A DNA stretch of 31,754 nucleotides from Verrucomicrobiales bacterium (GCA_031411295.1 JANOAV010000113.1:1-31754), one strand, 5' to 3'; positions 9,153 through 18,876 are shown, numbered from the stretch's first letter. Made by a program: numbers and translations. The notes: a model not told the origin generated them from the sequence alone.

Positions 9153-11720
9153 ATGCGATTGCTTTCTTTATTATTTCTTGGGTGCGCCTTGCCTGCGTTG
9201 GCGGAACAGTTGGAAGATTGTCTGGGGAATTGTGGCAAGGCCCATTTGTTTCCCATGGGGGCACCTGTGAAGCCGGGGCGGAAGTATGCCCGGGACCGGT
9301 TGGTGGATATCACGCACCTGGCGCTGGATGTGACGCCGAATTTCGATGCCCGCACGGTGGCCGGAAGCATGTCGATGGATTTTGCACCCATTGCGCAGGC
9401 CTTGCCCAAGCTTGAATTGGACGCCATCGATCTGCGCATTGAGCAGGTGAAAGTGGATGGTGCAAATTTAGTTAGTTGGCAAAACAATGACGAGCAATTG
9501 GTATTAAATTTTGCTCCGGCCATTGCCCCCGGTGCAGCCGTGACGCTGCGCGTGCAGTATCAAGCGCAGCCGCAGACGGGTTTGCTGTTCCGCACTCCGG
9601 CCATGGGGTATCCCGAGGGAGATACGCAATGCTGGAGCCAGGGTGAAGCCGAGAACCATCGCTACTGGTTTCCGTGCTATGATTATCCTAACGAGCGTTT
9701 CACGAGCGAGGTAACCTGTCACGCCCCCAAGGGTATGGAGGTTATTTCCAACGGCTCGCTGCTGGCGAGGGCGGAGGAGCCGAATGGCTTGGTGCGTTGG
9801 CATTGGCAACAATCGCAACCGCACGTCAATTATTTGGTGGCGCTGGCGGCGGGCTATTTCCACAAGGTGGAAAGCAAGGTGGGTAAACTCCCATTGGCCC
9901 TGTTTGTTCCGCCCTCAGAGAAGGATCAGGCGGATCTCGCGTTCTTGGATACGAAGTCGATCATGGAGTTTTTCGATCAGGAAATTGGCGTGCCTTATGC
10001 GTGGGATAAATACCACCAAGTCTATTGTCAGGATTTCCTGGCCGGAGGGATGGAGAATACGTCCTGCTCCTTCATGGCGGTGTCCGCGCTGCATCCCGCC
10101 TCGGTCGGCAAGTTGGATACAGTGCATCGCCTGAATGCCCATGAGTTGGCGCACCAGTGGTTCGGGGATTTATTGACGTGTCGGGACTGGTCCCATTTGT
10201 GGCTCAACGAAGGATTCGCGAGCTACTACACCATTTTGTTTGAAGCGGTGAAAAACGGTCGTGACGATCAATTGGTAAGTTTGCGGAAAGAAGCCGAACG
10301 GGTGACTGGCTCGGGCGACACCCGGCCGATCGTCTGGCGCGATTATGGAGAACCGATGCAGCAGTTCGATTCCCGGGCTTATCCGAAGGGAGCCTGGGTG
10401 CTGCACATGCTGCGTTCCCAGTTGGGTGAAGCCTTGTATCGCAAGGCCATTCAAACTTATGTGGAGCGGAATCGAAACCAAATCGTGATCACCGAGGATC
10501 TGCAGAAAGTGCTGGAGGAAGTGAGTGGACGTTCGCTGGATCGGTTCTTTGATCAATGGGTGCACCATGGTGGCGTGCCAGAGTTGGCGACCGAAACCAA
10601 TTGGGATGAAAAGCAGAAGCTGCTGCGCGTGACGGTCAAACAAACGCAGAAGGTCGATGAGAAGGTGCTGCTCTTTCATTTACCCATCCCGCTGCGCGTG
10701 CAGCACCAAGTGGAGGGCAAACCGGTAACGGAAGATTTCGCGATGCTGGTAACGAAAGCGGAGGAACAATTCTCGTTCCCGCTCTCCTCCGAGCCGACCC
10801 TGGTGCGCTTTGATCCTGAGTTGACGGTCCTGGCAAAATGGAACAGCGCACCGAATCGCAAAGCCGTGGAAGCTTGGTTGCAGGCCGATTTCCTTTCCCG
10901 TTGGATGGCCGTGGAAGCGCTGGGGAAAGAGCGGGATGACGCGGCTGTGGCCTTGTTGGGCAAAGCCTTGAATGGTGATGCGCACCACACCGTGCGGGTT
11001 GAAGCAGCCAAATCGTTGCAGACCATTGGCACACCAGTCGCGCGACAAGCGCTGCTGGCCAGCATGGCGCAGGAAGATGAACGCGTGCGTCGAGCCGTGG
11101 TGGATGCTCTGGGGGCGTTCTATCATCGGGACGTGCGGGATGCGCTGGTGCAGTTGGTAAGCACCGAGCAAAACCCAGAAATCATTGCCCGGATCATTTC
11201 CAGCTTGGCCGCGTGGCCAGACGTTGATCCCACGCCATTCCTAAAATTACCGTCCTATCATAACATGGTGGCGTTTGCCGCGCAGGACGTGCTCACGCAG
11301 CAACGACGCACCGAATCCCTGCCACAGTTGCTGGAACTGGTGCAGCAAACCCCACGGGCCTTTCCCATGAATCTGTTTGGCGTGGTCCTGCAAAATCTCG
11401 GAAGCTTGGCGCGTGAGCCGAAGGATGCGGCGGTGCAGTCTGTCTTGCTGAAATTTCTCAGCGCTCCGCAACCCTCGATTCGTCAAGCCGCAGCGACGGC
11501 TCTCGGAGAGTTGGGCGATCCCAAGTCAATCACCGCCTTGCAGGCCGTTGCGAGGCAGAAAGGCGACCCCGCTGCGGCGTCAGCCACGGACGCCATTGGC
11601 AAAATCAAGGCACGCCAAACGACACCAGAGCAGGCGCAGGCCGCTTGGAAAAAGGTGGAAGACTTGACGTTGCGTGCCGAAAGTCTGGAGAAGAAGCTGG
11701 AAAAACTGGAGCGCAAGTAG
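9153..11720 (+). CDS. M1 family aminopeptidase with C-terminal HEAT repeats, signal peptide
   Basis: GGMEN exopeptidase motif, HELAH...WLNEG zinc motif, YPKG; HEAT-like VRxxAAxALG repeats; C-terminal coiled coil. Confidence 0.93.
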   Translation: MRLLSLLFLGCALPALAEQLEDCLGNCGKAHLFPMGAPVKPGRKYARDRLVDITHLALDVTPNFDARTVAGSMSMDFAPIAQALPKLELDAIDLRIEQVKVDGANLVSWQNNDEQLVLNFAPAIAPGAAVTLRVQYQAQPQTGLLFRTPAMGYPEGDTQCWSQGEAENHRYWFPCYDYPNERFTSEVTCHAPKGMEVISNGSLLARAEEPNGLVRWHWQQSQPHVNYLVALAAGYFHKVESKVGKLPLALFVPPSEKDQADLAFLDTKSIMEFFDQEIGVPYAWDKYHQVYCQDFLAGGMENTSCSFMAVSALHPASVGKLDTVHRLNAHELAHQWFGDLLTCRDWSHLWLNEGFASYYTILFEAVKNGRDDQLVSLRKEAERVTGSGDTRPIVWRDYGEPMQQFDSRAYPKGAWVLHMLRSQLGEALYRKAIQTYVERNRNQIVITEDLQKVLEEVSGRSLDRFFDQWVHHGGVPELATETNWDEKQKLLRVTVKQTQKVDEKVLLFHLPIPLRVQHQVEGKPVTEDFAMLVTKAEEQFSFPLSSEPTLVRFDPELTVLAKWNSAPNRKAVEAWLQADFLSRWMAVEALGKERDDAAVALLGKALNGDAHHTVRVEAAKSLQTIGTPVARQALLASMAQEDERVRRAVVDALGAFYHRDVRDALVQLVSTEQNPEIIARIISSLAAWPDVDPTPFLKLPSYHNMVAFAAQDVLTQQRRTESLPQLLELVQQTPRAFPMNLFGVVLQNLGSLAREPKDAAVQSVLLKFLSAPQPSIRQAAATALGELGDPKSITALQAVARQKGDPAAASATDAIGKIKARQTTPEQAQAAWKKVEDLTLRAESLEKKLEKLERK

Positions 11721-11725
11721 TGCCC

Positions 11726-14323
11726 TCAGGACCGCGGTTCAGTTGGCGCAACCACGCTATGTTGCGCGAAGGCTTGGGCGGTCTCCGCCAAACATTGCCG
11801 AGCTTCAGCCTGGATCCCCTCATTGCTAGGATCCTCCATCAAGCCAGCCAGCGAGCGCTCCAGACCTGCTAGTTGAAACTGGCTGATGGCGGTGTGGAGT
11901 TGATGTCGCAACGCCCTTAACGCAGTGACATCCCCTGTGGCGCAGGCCTTGGTGAGCGTTGCCTGATGATTTTTAAACTCCCGTGCCAGCGCGGCAAAGA
12001 CCCTTTGGCGACGCACAGGATCGTCCTGAAACAAGCTGTGCAGCGCTTCGGTGGTGCGGTTGCCCGAGGCTACATGACGTTCGATTTCCGCGAAAACGAC
12101 CGGAGCATCCAACGGTTTGCTGAGATAGCCGACCATACCCGCGGCTTGGCAGGCGGCCCGGGTTTCGGCGGAGAACTGAGCGGTTACGGCCAGACAGCGG
12201 CTTTCCGGGTGTTCTGCCAGGGCGGAGCGGGCCAGGGTTAGGCCATCCGTGTCCGGTAACTGAAGATCCAATAGCACCAAGTCCGGCGGGTTCTCCCGCC
12301 AGCGTTGCAGGCCTTCGGCACCCGTGCTGGCGAATTCCAGCGTAACTCCAGTATCGGCTAGTAACAGCGCCATGATTTCCTGATTCGAGGGGACGTCTTC
12401 GATGTAAAGAAATCTTCTTCCGCTCCAGTTAGGAACGGCGGTGGGCGATGTCAGTTGGGCTGCGGGCGCATGGGCTGGCGGAAGGGGGAGTTTCAATGTG
12501 AAGGTGGAACCTTGATTAGGGCCTGGACTGGTGACTTCCAAACTGCCCCCCTGCAGGGTGACCATTTGCTGCGCCAAGGCTAGTCCCAGACCGGTTCCGC
12601 CGAAGCGACGCGCAATTTCGCCATGCTCCTGATCGAATGGTTTGAACAATCGACCGATGTTTTCGGGGGCGATGCCAATGCCGGTGTCGGTGATCGAAAG
12701 ATCAAGCCCACTCGGCGTGAGTGCGTTTGCTTGGAGCAGAATCCGGCCATGGTCGGTGAATTTCAAAGCATTCGCCAACAAGTTGTGCAGCACTTGATTC
12801 AATCGTGTGGGATCTCCGCGAACCCAGTCCGGCAGCGTTTCCGCAAGCTTGATCTCAAAATCCAGACCTTTCTGCCGAGCCTGCGGAGCGTAGGTTAGGG
12901 AAACATCCCGCAACAGGGCGTGGAGGGAGAAGGGAATCGGATTGAATTCCATTTTTCCTGCGGAGACCTTAGAATGATCCAGCGCCTCATTCACCAAATT
13001 CAGCAACTGTCGGGTGGCGATGCCCAGCGCATCAAGGATCGGTTGCTGGTGCGGGGCGGGTCGGTTGCGCTCCAGCGTGCGCAGCAATCCCACTACTGAA
13101 TTTAGCGGAGTGCGAATTTCGTGACTCATCATGGCCAGGAAATCATCCCGTCCCTGAATGGCATCCTCCGCAGCCTGGCGAGCTTGATCCACGCGGACGA
13201 GGTCCTCGTTCACCCGTGCCGCCATGGCTTGAAATTTTGCCCCGAGTAACCCGATTTCATCTTGCCCCAGCGGTGGCAACTCCGGCAACTTTTCACCTGG
13301 CTGGAATTCTACCACCGCAGCAGTTAAGCGATGCAATTTTGCTGCTACCACGCGGGCGAATGTCATCACGAGCACCAAGGAGATTAACCCTCCCAGCAAG
13401 GTGATCCCCAAGGCTTTCTGGCCGGCCTCACGGATGCCAGACTCAAGCTCTCCGCGCGGCAACGTCGCCCGCAGATGCGCCCGCCGCAGGTGCTCGGCCA
13501 TGAAGGGAAAGGTAATCTCCTGCTGCAGCGCAGCCATGCTGGGAGGGGCGTCGGCAAAGCGATGCGCGGTGCCGAGATCGGAACCGAAGCACCAGGCTTC
13601 ATTTGCATGGAGCACGAAATCGCCCGCCTCATTCGCTAGGGCCAATTCCATGGAGGGATTCTTGCTCTGAGTGAGAGCTTTGAAGAGGTCGCGTAGATCA
13701 GCATTGATAACGATCAAGCCCCGGGGCGCTCCGTTGTGGCCCGCCAGAGCCTTGGTAGCTGCGCGCAGCGTGGGGATATGGGGCTCGGTGATGTGTCCGA
13801 AGTCACGGTTCAGGTTCACATCAGACAGGTAAATTTTACCGAGGACGAGGGGCAGGCTTTCGATGAAATAATCACGATCCCCCTTGGCCTGAAGTTGTTC
13901 CTGAGGGATTACGGAAATGCTGGAACTCAGATGGTCCAGTCGCACCAGTTCCTGTCCGGTCGTCTCCAGCGTGAGGAGTCGGACTTGGAAATAATTTGGT
14001 TTGCTACTGAGGAGCGCATCGAATTCAGCCTCCACCCGTTGCCGCGCAGCCCCATCTCCACTTGCTAGGAATTCCCGCACCGCCGGGCCTTGGGCCAGGA
14101 ATAGGGCGTCTCTGGCAATATCAGAAACCGCGGTCTGGATGCGCACTTGGGCAGTTTCAATTTCATGCGCCAACAACGTCTGCGCCCGGACCATGGCGTG
14201 TTCCCGACTGCCGCGCAGGCTGAACCAAGCAAAGGTGAACAGCAGGACGGCAGTAATCACCAACCACCCCAGCGTGATGCGGGCGGTGAGGGACCACGAG
14301 GAGAAAGAAAAGGAACGGGACAT
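11726..14323 (-). CDS. Hybrid sensor histidine kinase (Cache-like/HAMP/HisKA/HATPase/REC/Hpt-like)
   Basis: Two TM segments, DEIGLL (HAMP), MSHEIRTPL, NLLANALKFT, DTGIG, GGTGLGL, receiver IED/LLD/KP, C-terminal RHQLH. Start uncertain (14323 chosen). Confidence 0.92.
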   Translation of the reverse strand: MSRSFSFSSWSLTARITLGWLVITAVLLFTFAWFSLRGSREHAMVRAQTLLAHEIETAQVRIQTAVSDIARDALFLAQGPAVREFLASGDGAARQRVEAEFDALLSSKPNYFQVRLLTLETTGQELVRLDHLSSSISVIPQEQLQAKGDRDYFIESLPLVLGKIYLSDVNLNRDFGHITEPHIPTLRAATKALAGHNGAPRGLIVINADLRDLFKALTQSKNPSMELALANEAGDFVLHANEAWCFGSDLGTAHRFADAPPSMAALQQEITFPFMAEHLRRAHLRATLPRGELESGIREAGQKALGITLLGGLISLVLVMTFARVVAAKLHRLTAAVVEFQPGEKLPELPPLGQDEIGLLGAKFQAMAARVNEDLVRVDQARQAAEDAIQGRDDFLAMMSHEIRTPLNSVVGLLRTLERNRPAPHQQPILDALGIATRQLLNLVNEALDHSKVSAGKMEFNPIPFSLHALLRDVSLTYAPQARQKGLDFEIKLAETLPDWVRGDPTRLNQVLHNLLANALKFTDHGRILLQANALTPSGLDLSITDTGIGIAPENIGRLFKPFDQEHGEIARRFGGTGLGLALAQQMVTLQGGSLEVTSPGPNQGSTFTLKLPLPPAHAPAAQLTSPTAVPNWSGRRFLYIEDVPSNQEIMALLLADTGVTLEFASTGAEGLQRWRENPPDLVLLDLQLPDTDGLTLARSALAEHPESRCLAVTAQFSAETRAACQAAGMVGYLSKPLDAPVVFAEIERHVASGNRTTEALHSLFQDDPVRRQRVFAALAREFKNHQATLTKACATGDVTALRALRHQLHTAISQFQLAGLERSLAGLMEDPSNEGIQAEARQCLAETAQAFAQHSVVAPTEPRS

Positions 14324-14549
14324 GAGACAGAGAGGTGGCAGCCAGACCGCCACTGGAGCCACCATGTCACAATCCTTGCCCGGGAGGAAATCCAAAAATC
14401 AGGAGCGCGCGATTTTGGTAACGATGAGGTTACTGTAATAATTCGTCCATGAATGGCTTGTCACTGTATCCTTCCGCCAATCTTCCTAGGTTCAGAGGAG
14501 GTGCAGATCCCCTGCCCTTCTTACTCATAGCAACTAACACACATAACTA

Positions 14550-15278
14550 ATGACCAAACAAATCTCAACCTGCGCTTTGATCGGAGCAGCCTTGGCGCTG
14601 GTGCAAACAGCATCGGCCACGCCCCAGCCGCTAATCAATACCGCCACCGCCACCACCCTCTCCAAGGGCGTGTTCGAGCAGGAAAACCGCATCCTCTGGG
14701 GCCACTCCTCTGGGGCCGACGCGGTGGAATTCTCCCATGAATTGGAATACGGCATCACGGACAACCTCGAAGCCTCTGTTTACCTCTCCGAGTGGAGTTG
14801 GGAAAAAGGTGCTGGCTCCACTTGGGGCAGCGCTGGTGTGGAAGTGTTGTATTCTTTCTCCAGCCCCACTGCGGATGCCCTCGGTTCCGCTCTGGCCGTG
14901 GAAGCCCAGTTTGGCAAAGACGCCTGGGTGATCGAACCACAACTGCACTTGCAAAAGAACTTCGGTCCGGTTGCCGTCCTTGCCAACCTCGTGTTTGCCA
15001 ATGAGTTCGTCGATCACGATGTGGACGCTCAGGAGTTCGCCCAATCCCTCGGTGTAACCTACGAAGTGGCCCCCAGCTTCTTCATTGGTGCTGAAGTTGA
15101 GCACGTGACGGCTTACGAGGACTGGAAAAATGGCAGCGAAGAATGGTATGCCGGCCCTGCGCTGCATTACCGCAATTCCTCCTTCTGGGTCACGCTCGGA
15201 GTTAACTTCAAGCTTAGCGCAGACGCAGATGATGCCAGCGACATCGTCGTGGGCACCAAATTCGGTTTCCTGTTCTAA
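14550..15278 (+). CDS. Exported probable outer-membrane beta-barrel protein (DUF6662-like)
   Basis: Signal peptide, alternating beta-strand pattern, ELEYGITD motif, C-terminal GTKFGFLF with terminal Phe. Family name is from memory only. Confidence 0.65.
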   Translation: MTKQISTCALIGAALALVQTASATPQPLINTATATTLSKGVFEQENRILWGHSSGADAVEFSHELEYGITDNLEASVYLSEWSWEKGAGSTWGSAGVEVLYSFSSPTADALGSALAVEAQFGKDAWVIEPQLHLQKNFGPVAVLANLVFANEFVDHDVDAQEFAQSLGVTYEVAPSFFIGAEVEHVTAYEDWKNGSEEWYAGPALHYRNSSFWVTLGVNFKLSADADDASDIVVGTKFGFLF

Positions 15279-15295
15279 CGCGCTCAGATCACTCC

Positions 15296-15329
15296 GCCGC
15301 CGCCTGCAGATCCGCTTGCGGGCGGCGGC
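15296..15329. other. Intergenic GC-rich stem-loop
   Basis: gccgccgcctgca...tgcgggcggcggc between the barrel and cytochrome genes; no clear U tract. Confidence 0.5.
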
Positions 15330-15371
15330 TCTTGCTTCTAATGATTGCGTCCTTCATCCAAACTTAGTGCT

Positions 15372-15707
15372 ATGAAAACATTCTCCCCCCCGAACTTGCT
15401 GGCGCTGCTGACTGTGGCGCTCCTTCCTTCCTGCGTCTCCATCGAAGTTGCCGCTCCGCCCGTGCCCGTGATCGCCAGCCCCACTCAGGGAAATTACGCT
15501 CAATTGTGTGCTGGCCGTGAACTCTACTTGGGGAAATGCACCAAGTGCCACTCGGCCGAACCAATCAAGAATACCACGCTGGCCGACTGGAAGGATGATG
15601 TGATGCCAACCATGGCTAAGAAAGCCAAGATTTCTGCCGCTGAGGAAGCCAGCCTGATGGCCTACATCACGACTGTCTCCAACGCGCCCACGCCTCCAAA
15701 GCCATAG
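15372..15707 (+). CDS. Monoheme cytochrome c lipoprotein
   Basis: Lipobox LPSC, single CTKCH heme motif, W...MPTMAKKAK with candidate distal Met. Confidence 0.85.
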   Translation: MKTFSPPNLLALLTVALLPSCVSIEVAAPPVPVIASPTQGNYAQLCAGRELYLGKCTKCHSAEPIKNTTLADWKDDVMPTMAKKAKISAAEEASLMAYITTVSNAPTPPKP

Positions 15708-15761
15708 GGCGGGTTGGATAAAGCAGACATCGCCCCTGCGTTTCCGTTGCGCATCCAAAAG

Positions 15762-15793
15762 AAAACGGACTCCCGAGGTGGGAGTCCGTTTTT
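15762..15793. terminator. Bidirectional Rho-independent terminator
   Basis: aaaacggactccc-gaggt-gggagtccgtttt between the convergent cytochrome gene and rpsG. Confidence 0.9.
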
Positions 15794-15820
15794 AAATCTA
15801 ACGTTGCGACCGTCTGCTGA

Positions 15821-16294
15821 CTACCAGCGGAAGTGAGCGAAGGCGCGGTTGGCTTGGGCCATCTTGTGCACGTCGTCGCGCTTGCGGACGGCATTGCCTT
15901 GATTGGCGGCAGCTTCTTTGATTTCGTTGGCCAACGCGCGGTGCATCGGCACGCCCTTTTTGTTACGGGCGAAGTTCACCAACCAGCGCATGCCGAGGGA
16001 CTCGGAGCGATTGGGAGCGACTTCCAGTGGCACTTGATAGGTGGCTCCACCCACACGGCGGCTCTTAACTTCAAGCCGTGGCTTGGCGTTTTCGATGGCG
16101 CGGGTGATGATTTCCAGGGGGTCAACGCTGGAGGAGTTTTCGTTCACCTTGTCGATCGCGGCATACACGATGCGCTCGGCGGTGGAACGTTTGCCACATT
16201 CCATCACTTTGCTGATGAGACGGGCGACGAGGAGGGACTCATAACGGGAGTCCTTGGTCTCGATGCGGTGATATACACGTTTTCTGCGGGCCAT
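15821..16294 (-). CDS. rpsG: 30S ribosomal protein S7
   Basis: EVKSRRVGGATYQVP and HKMAQANRAFAHFRW motifs. Confidence 0.99.
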   Translation of the reverse strand: MARRKRVYHRIETKDSRYESLLVARLISKVMECGKRSTAERIVYAAIDKVNENSSSVDPLEIITRAIENAKPRLEVKSRRVGGATYQVPLEVAPNRSESLGMRWLVNFARNKKGVPMHRALANEIKEAAANQGNAVRKRDDVHKMAQANRAFAHFRW

Positions 16295-16334
16295 AATTTT
16301 CTGATTGGGAGAGGTTCGGAACGATTGTTATAAA

Positions 16335-16742
16335 TTATTTCTTCTTACCGGCGGTCTTGGCGGCCTGACCGGGTTTCGGACGTTTGGCACCATACTTCGA
16401 GCGACCACGACGACGAGCGTCAACACCTAAGCAGTCCAAAGTGCCGCGCACGATGTGGTAACGCACCCCTGGCAAATCCTTCACCCGTCCGCCGCGGACG
16501 AGGACGATGGAGTGCTCTTGGAGATTGTGGCCTTCACCACCGATGTAAGCAATCACTTCATGCCCGTTGGTGAGACGAACCTTGGCCACCTTACGGAGCG
16601 CGGAGTTCGGCTTCTTAGGCGTCCGGGTCATCACTTGGAGACACACGCCACGACGCTGAGGACAGTTGGCCAACGCGGGAGATTTCGACTTGTAGCGTTT
16701 GGGGCTACGGCCGTTGGCGATGAGCTGATTGATGGTGGGCAT
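16335..16742 (-). CDS. rpsL: 30S ribosomal protein S12
   Basis: [32 protein letters not shown] motifs. Confidence 0.99.
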   Translation of the reverse strand: MPTINQLIANGRSPKRYKSKSPALANCPQRRGVCLQVMTRTPKKPNSALRKVAKVRLTNGHEVIAYIGGEGHNLQEHSIVLVRGGRVKDLPGVRYHIVRGTLDCLGVDARRRGRSKYGAKRPKPGQAAKTAGKKK

Positions 16743-16964
16743 AGATTAGGTAATAAAGGAAGGTGCGGGAGAGGATTTAATTCTTCCGGTAGCGTTCTTA
16801 AACAGGCTGATGGCCAGCGTCGGATCAAAGTTGCTGATCTGTAACTGCCGATCCACGATTGCTTTGCAAACTGTCAAAAAGTCTCTGGATGATCGTTTTA
16901 GTAAGCCTGCGAACGTTTCTCGCTACATCTGAAACAGGCGCGGCGGGATGGGAAGGAGGGCGGG

Positions 16965-16992
16965 AATATAGGAATCACCCGGAGTCACGCAA
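16965..16992 (-). promoter_or_regulatory. Putative sigma70 promoter of rpsL-rpsG
   Basis: Minus strand TTGCGT, 16 nt, TATATT, followed by a GC-rich discriminator-like cccgccc. Confidence 0.55.
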
Positions 16993-17075
16993 GAGAAAAT
17001 TACAACTTTCGTCGGTCCAAGGTGAAATATTTAGCTCCGTGGCGGAAATTTTCTGCTTCTGCGGCTCCGTGGGCG

Positions 17076-17918
17076 TCAGATTGCGGTCGGTTTTTTGTTT
17101 TTCGGCATGATGGGCCAGATCGGGCGCTTTCCTTGCAGGAATGTCACGATGGATTCCTGTTCCGGGGTGACGGCGGTGCAGAAGAACTCCAAGCGGTCAG
17201 GCACTAGCTTCCCAACCATGAGGCAGAAGTCGTTATAAAAGTTACGGTCCGGCGTGCGCAGCCAGAGGATGATCCGCAGATCCCCGCCTGGATACTCTCC
17301 GGTGGCGGGGTCCATTTGATTAAAGGCATAGACGCCCAGCGGAACTCTCCTTTTGGCGCAGAACATGCGGATGCCTTGGAGCACCTTGCTGGGAATGGAT
17401 GTTTCCTCCAGGACGCGCAGGTTCACGGGATCCCCCGTGACTTGCTGCGTGGGGAATTCCTGTCTGGTTAATTCCCCTGCCACTAAAGAGGCCACTGCAT
17501 CCGGCTTTAATTTGATGGTGCCGCCTCCCGCTGCCATGACGCGGACACTGGCACGGCCATTGTTGAGGAAATGCAGCAGCACATTCGCAGGCAGCTCTGC
17601 GATCATGGGCTTATCATGGAGGATGCTTTTCAGATTCTGGTGGCTTTCATGCTGCGCGCAAACATAGCTGGTGAAGACGGGAACAAACGCACCGTTGGCA
17701 TCCTGAAACGTGATCCAGGTGAACCCATCCGCCACATCCCGCTCATGATCCCCCTCCAGTTCGGGATGATACGGCACCAGGATGAATAAATTAGATTCCA
17801 TCAGCAGCCGAAACATCTGCCCCGTATACGACGGATCCACCGCCGCCTTTGGAATCAGACGATCAAGCTCATGCTGCGGCTGCGGAGCAGGCCGCCAGTT
17901 GGGTTCGGGGGTGGGCAT
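17076..17918 (-). CDS. SseB family protein
   Basis: N-terminal pattern (L..L...LFILVP ... FVPVFTS) typical of SseB domains, plus a second C-terminal domain. Confidence 0.65.
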   Translation of the reverse strand: MPTPEPNWRPAPQPQHELDRLIPKAAVDPSYTGQMFRLLMESNLFILVPYHPELEGDHERDVADGFTWITFQDANGAFVPVFTSYVCAQHESHQNLKSILHDKPMIAELPANVLLHFLNNGRASVRVMAAGGGTIKLKPDAVASLVAGELTRQEFPTQQVTGDPVNLRVLEETSIPSKVLQGIRMFCAKRRVPLGVYAFNQMDPATGEYPGGDLRIILWLRTPDRNFYNDFCLMVGKLVPDRLEFFCTAVTPEQESIVTFLQGKRPIWPIMPKNKKPTAI

Positions 17919-17957
17919 ATTGGCGGATTTAAGGATTCTTGTTTTCGGCAGCTTGCG

Positions 17958-18323
17958 TCACTCATAGCTGTCCAGTTCATTCAACGTGTAGTTCTCCCCG
18001 GAATCGAACCCAAAAAGCGGCGCTACACTGTTCTGGAACTCTTGAATTACCCTCTGAATCTCCGCCTCGGGAACATCGAGATGTCGCCATTGGAAAGAAC
18101 CTGCGTTCGGCAGGATCATTTCTTCCCGCCACGGACGGTGATACGCAAAATGATCGTTCGGCTGTCCATTCCGAACAGGGAAACCGTATGCGGTTCCATA
18201 ATTTCCCTTGGGTATAATATTCGTGACCACAATGTAGTCTGAGTCGCCCCAATTCGAGCGGGAGGCTGCAAACGGAAGCTTATCCAATTCCGTATAAAGC
18301 TTGAAGATATTCGTGGCATTCAT
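17958..18323 (-). CDS. Hypothetical protein, probable gene cassette
   Basis: 121-aa ORF starting ~40 nt after the GTTCGGA core of the attC-like site; AT-richer than the backbone. Confidence 0.6.
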   Translation of the reverse strand: MNATNIFKLYTELDKLPFAASRSNWGDSDYIVVTNIIPKGNYGTAYGFPVRNGQPNDHFAYHRPWREEMILPNAGSFQWRHLDVPEAEIQRVIQEFQNSVAPLFGFDSGENYTLNELDSYE

Positions 18324-18360
18324 TTCGCAAGGAGCAAGGTGTGGTGGGGTCTGCTTCTCA

Positions 18361-18461
18361 TCCGAACGTTAGCACTCTGGCACAGATGGGGCGCTCATAG
18401 CGCTCTCGAACCAGGTAAAACCCCGACGCCCCATCTGCTGCCAGCAGTGCTAACGTTCGCC
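18361..18461 (-). mobile_element. attC-like integron recombination site
   Basis: Minus strand GGCGAAC-GTTAGCACT(G)CTGGCA(G)CAGATGGGGCG...CGCCCCATCTGTGCCAGAGTGCTAAC-GTTCGGA: AAC/GTT cores, long imperfect palindrome, two extrahelical bases on one arm, 4 nt after the upstream stop codon. Confidence 0.75.
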
Positions 18462-18465
18462 ATTG

Positions 18466-18675
18466 TTATACGGTGCCGTCGCCTCCGCATGTTTGGCAAG
18501 TGCCCGTGCCCCCGCAGGTGCCACACTCACACTCGGGACCGACCCCAAATGGAAGGATACTTGTCTCGCCCGTGCCTCGGCAGTCCTTACACTTCCCATT
18601 TCCCTTGTAGCCGTTCCATGGGTCACCCTCGCGGTCGTGACAATCGGAGCAGATTGTGTAGTCGTCGTCAGCCAT
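18466..18675 (-). CDS. Stand-alone DnaJ-type zinc-finger microprotein (ZF3, 69 aa)
   Basis: CSDC...GNG, CKDCRGTG, CGTCGGTG, CQTCGGDG. Confidence 0.85.
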   Translation of the reverse strand: MADDDYTICSDCHDREGDPWNGYKGNGKCKDCRGTGETSILPFGVGPECECGTCGGTGTCQTCGGDGTV

Positions 18676-18709
18676 ATATGTGTCCTCTCAATCTAGTTGT
18701 TTATGTGGT

Positions 18710-18850
18710 TCATTTTTTCTTTGGAGATGGATTCCCTCCCCAACTTGGCTTCTGCTTCTTCTTTTCGTTTGCGCCTTTTTGTTGGCCTTGGTGTTTGTCC
18801 CGGTTACCCTTTGTGGAGCCGGTGGATTGCTTTTTGCGTTCGTGTGGCAT
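18710..18850 (-). CDS. 46-aa Lys/Gly/Gln-rich basic microprotein
   Basis: Manual translation MPHERKKQSTGSTKGNRDKHQGQQKGANEKKKQKPSWGGNPSPKKK*; ATG 26 nt after the GTTCGGC core, behind an A/C-rich leader. Not in the ORF track. Confidence 0.6.
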   Translation of the reverse strand: MPHERKKQSTGSTKGNRDKHQGQQKGANEKKKQKPSWGGNPSPKKK

Positions 18851-18876
18851 GACGTTGGTTTGTGTTTATTTGGCTG

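Noticed and set aside
14550..15707. Cyc2-type iron oxidase
   Set aside because: Cyc2 is a fused N-terminal cytochrome plus larger barrel; here the genes are separate, in reverse order, and the barrel is small.
16335..16742. Streptomycin-resistance allele of rpsL
   Set aside because: TPKKPNS (K43) and RVKDLPG are wild type.
17930..17957. attC after the 121-aa cassette ORF
   Set aside because: Only a GCCGAAAAC inverse-core-like stub is present; no hairpin or GTT core before the SseB gene.
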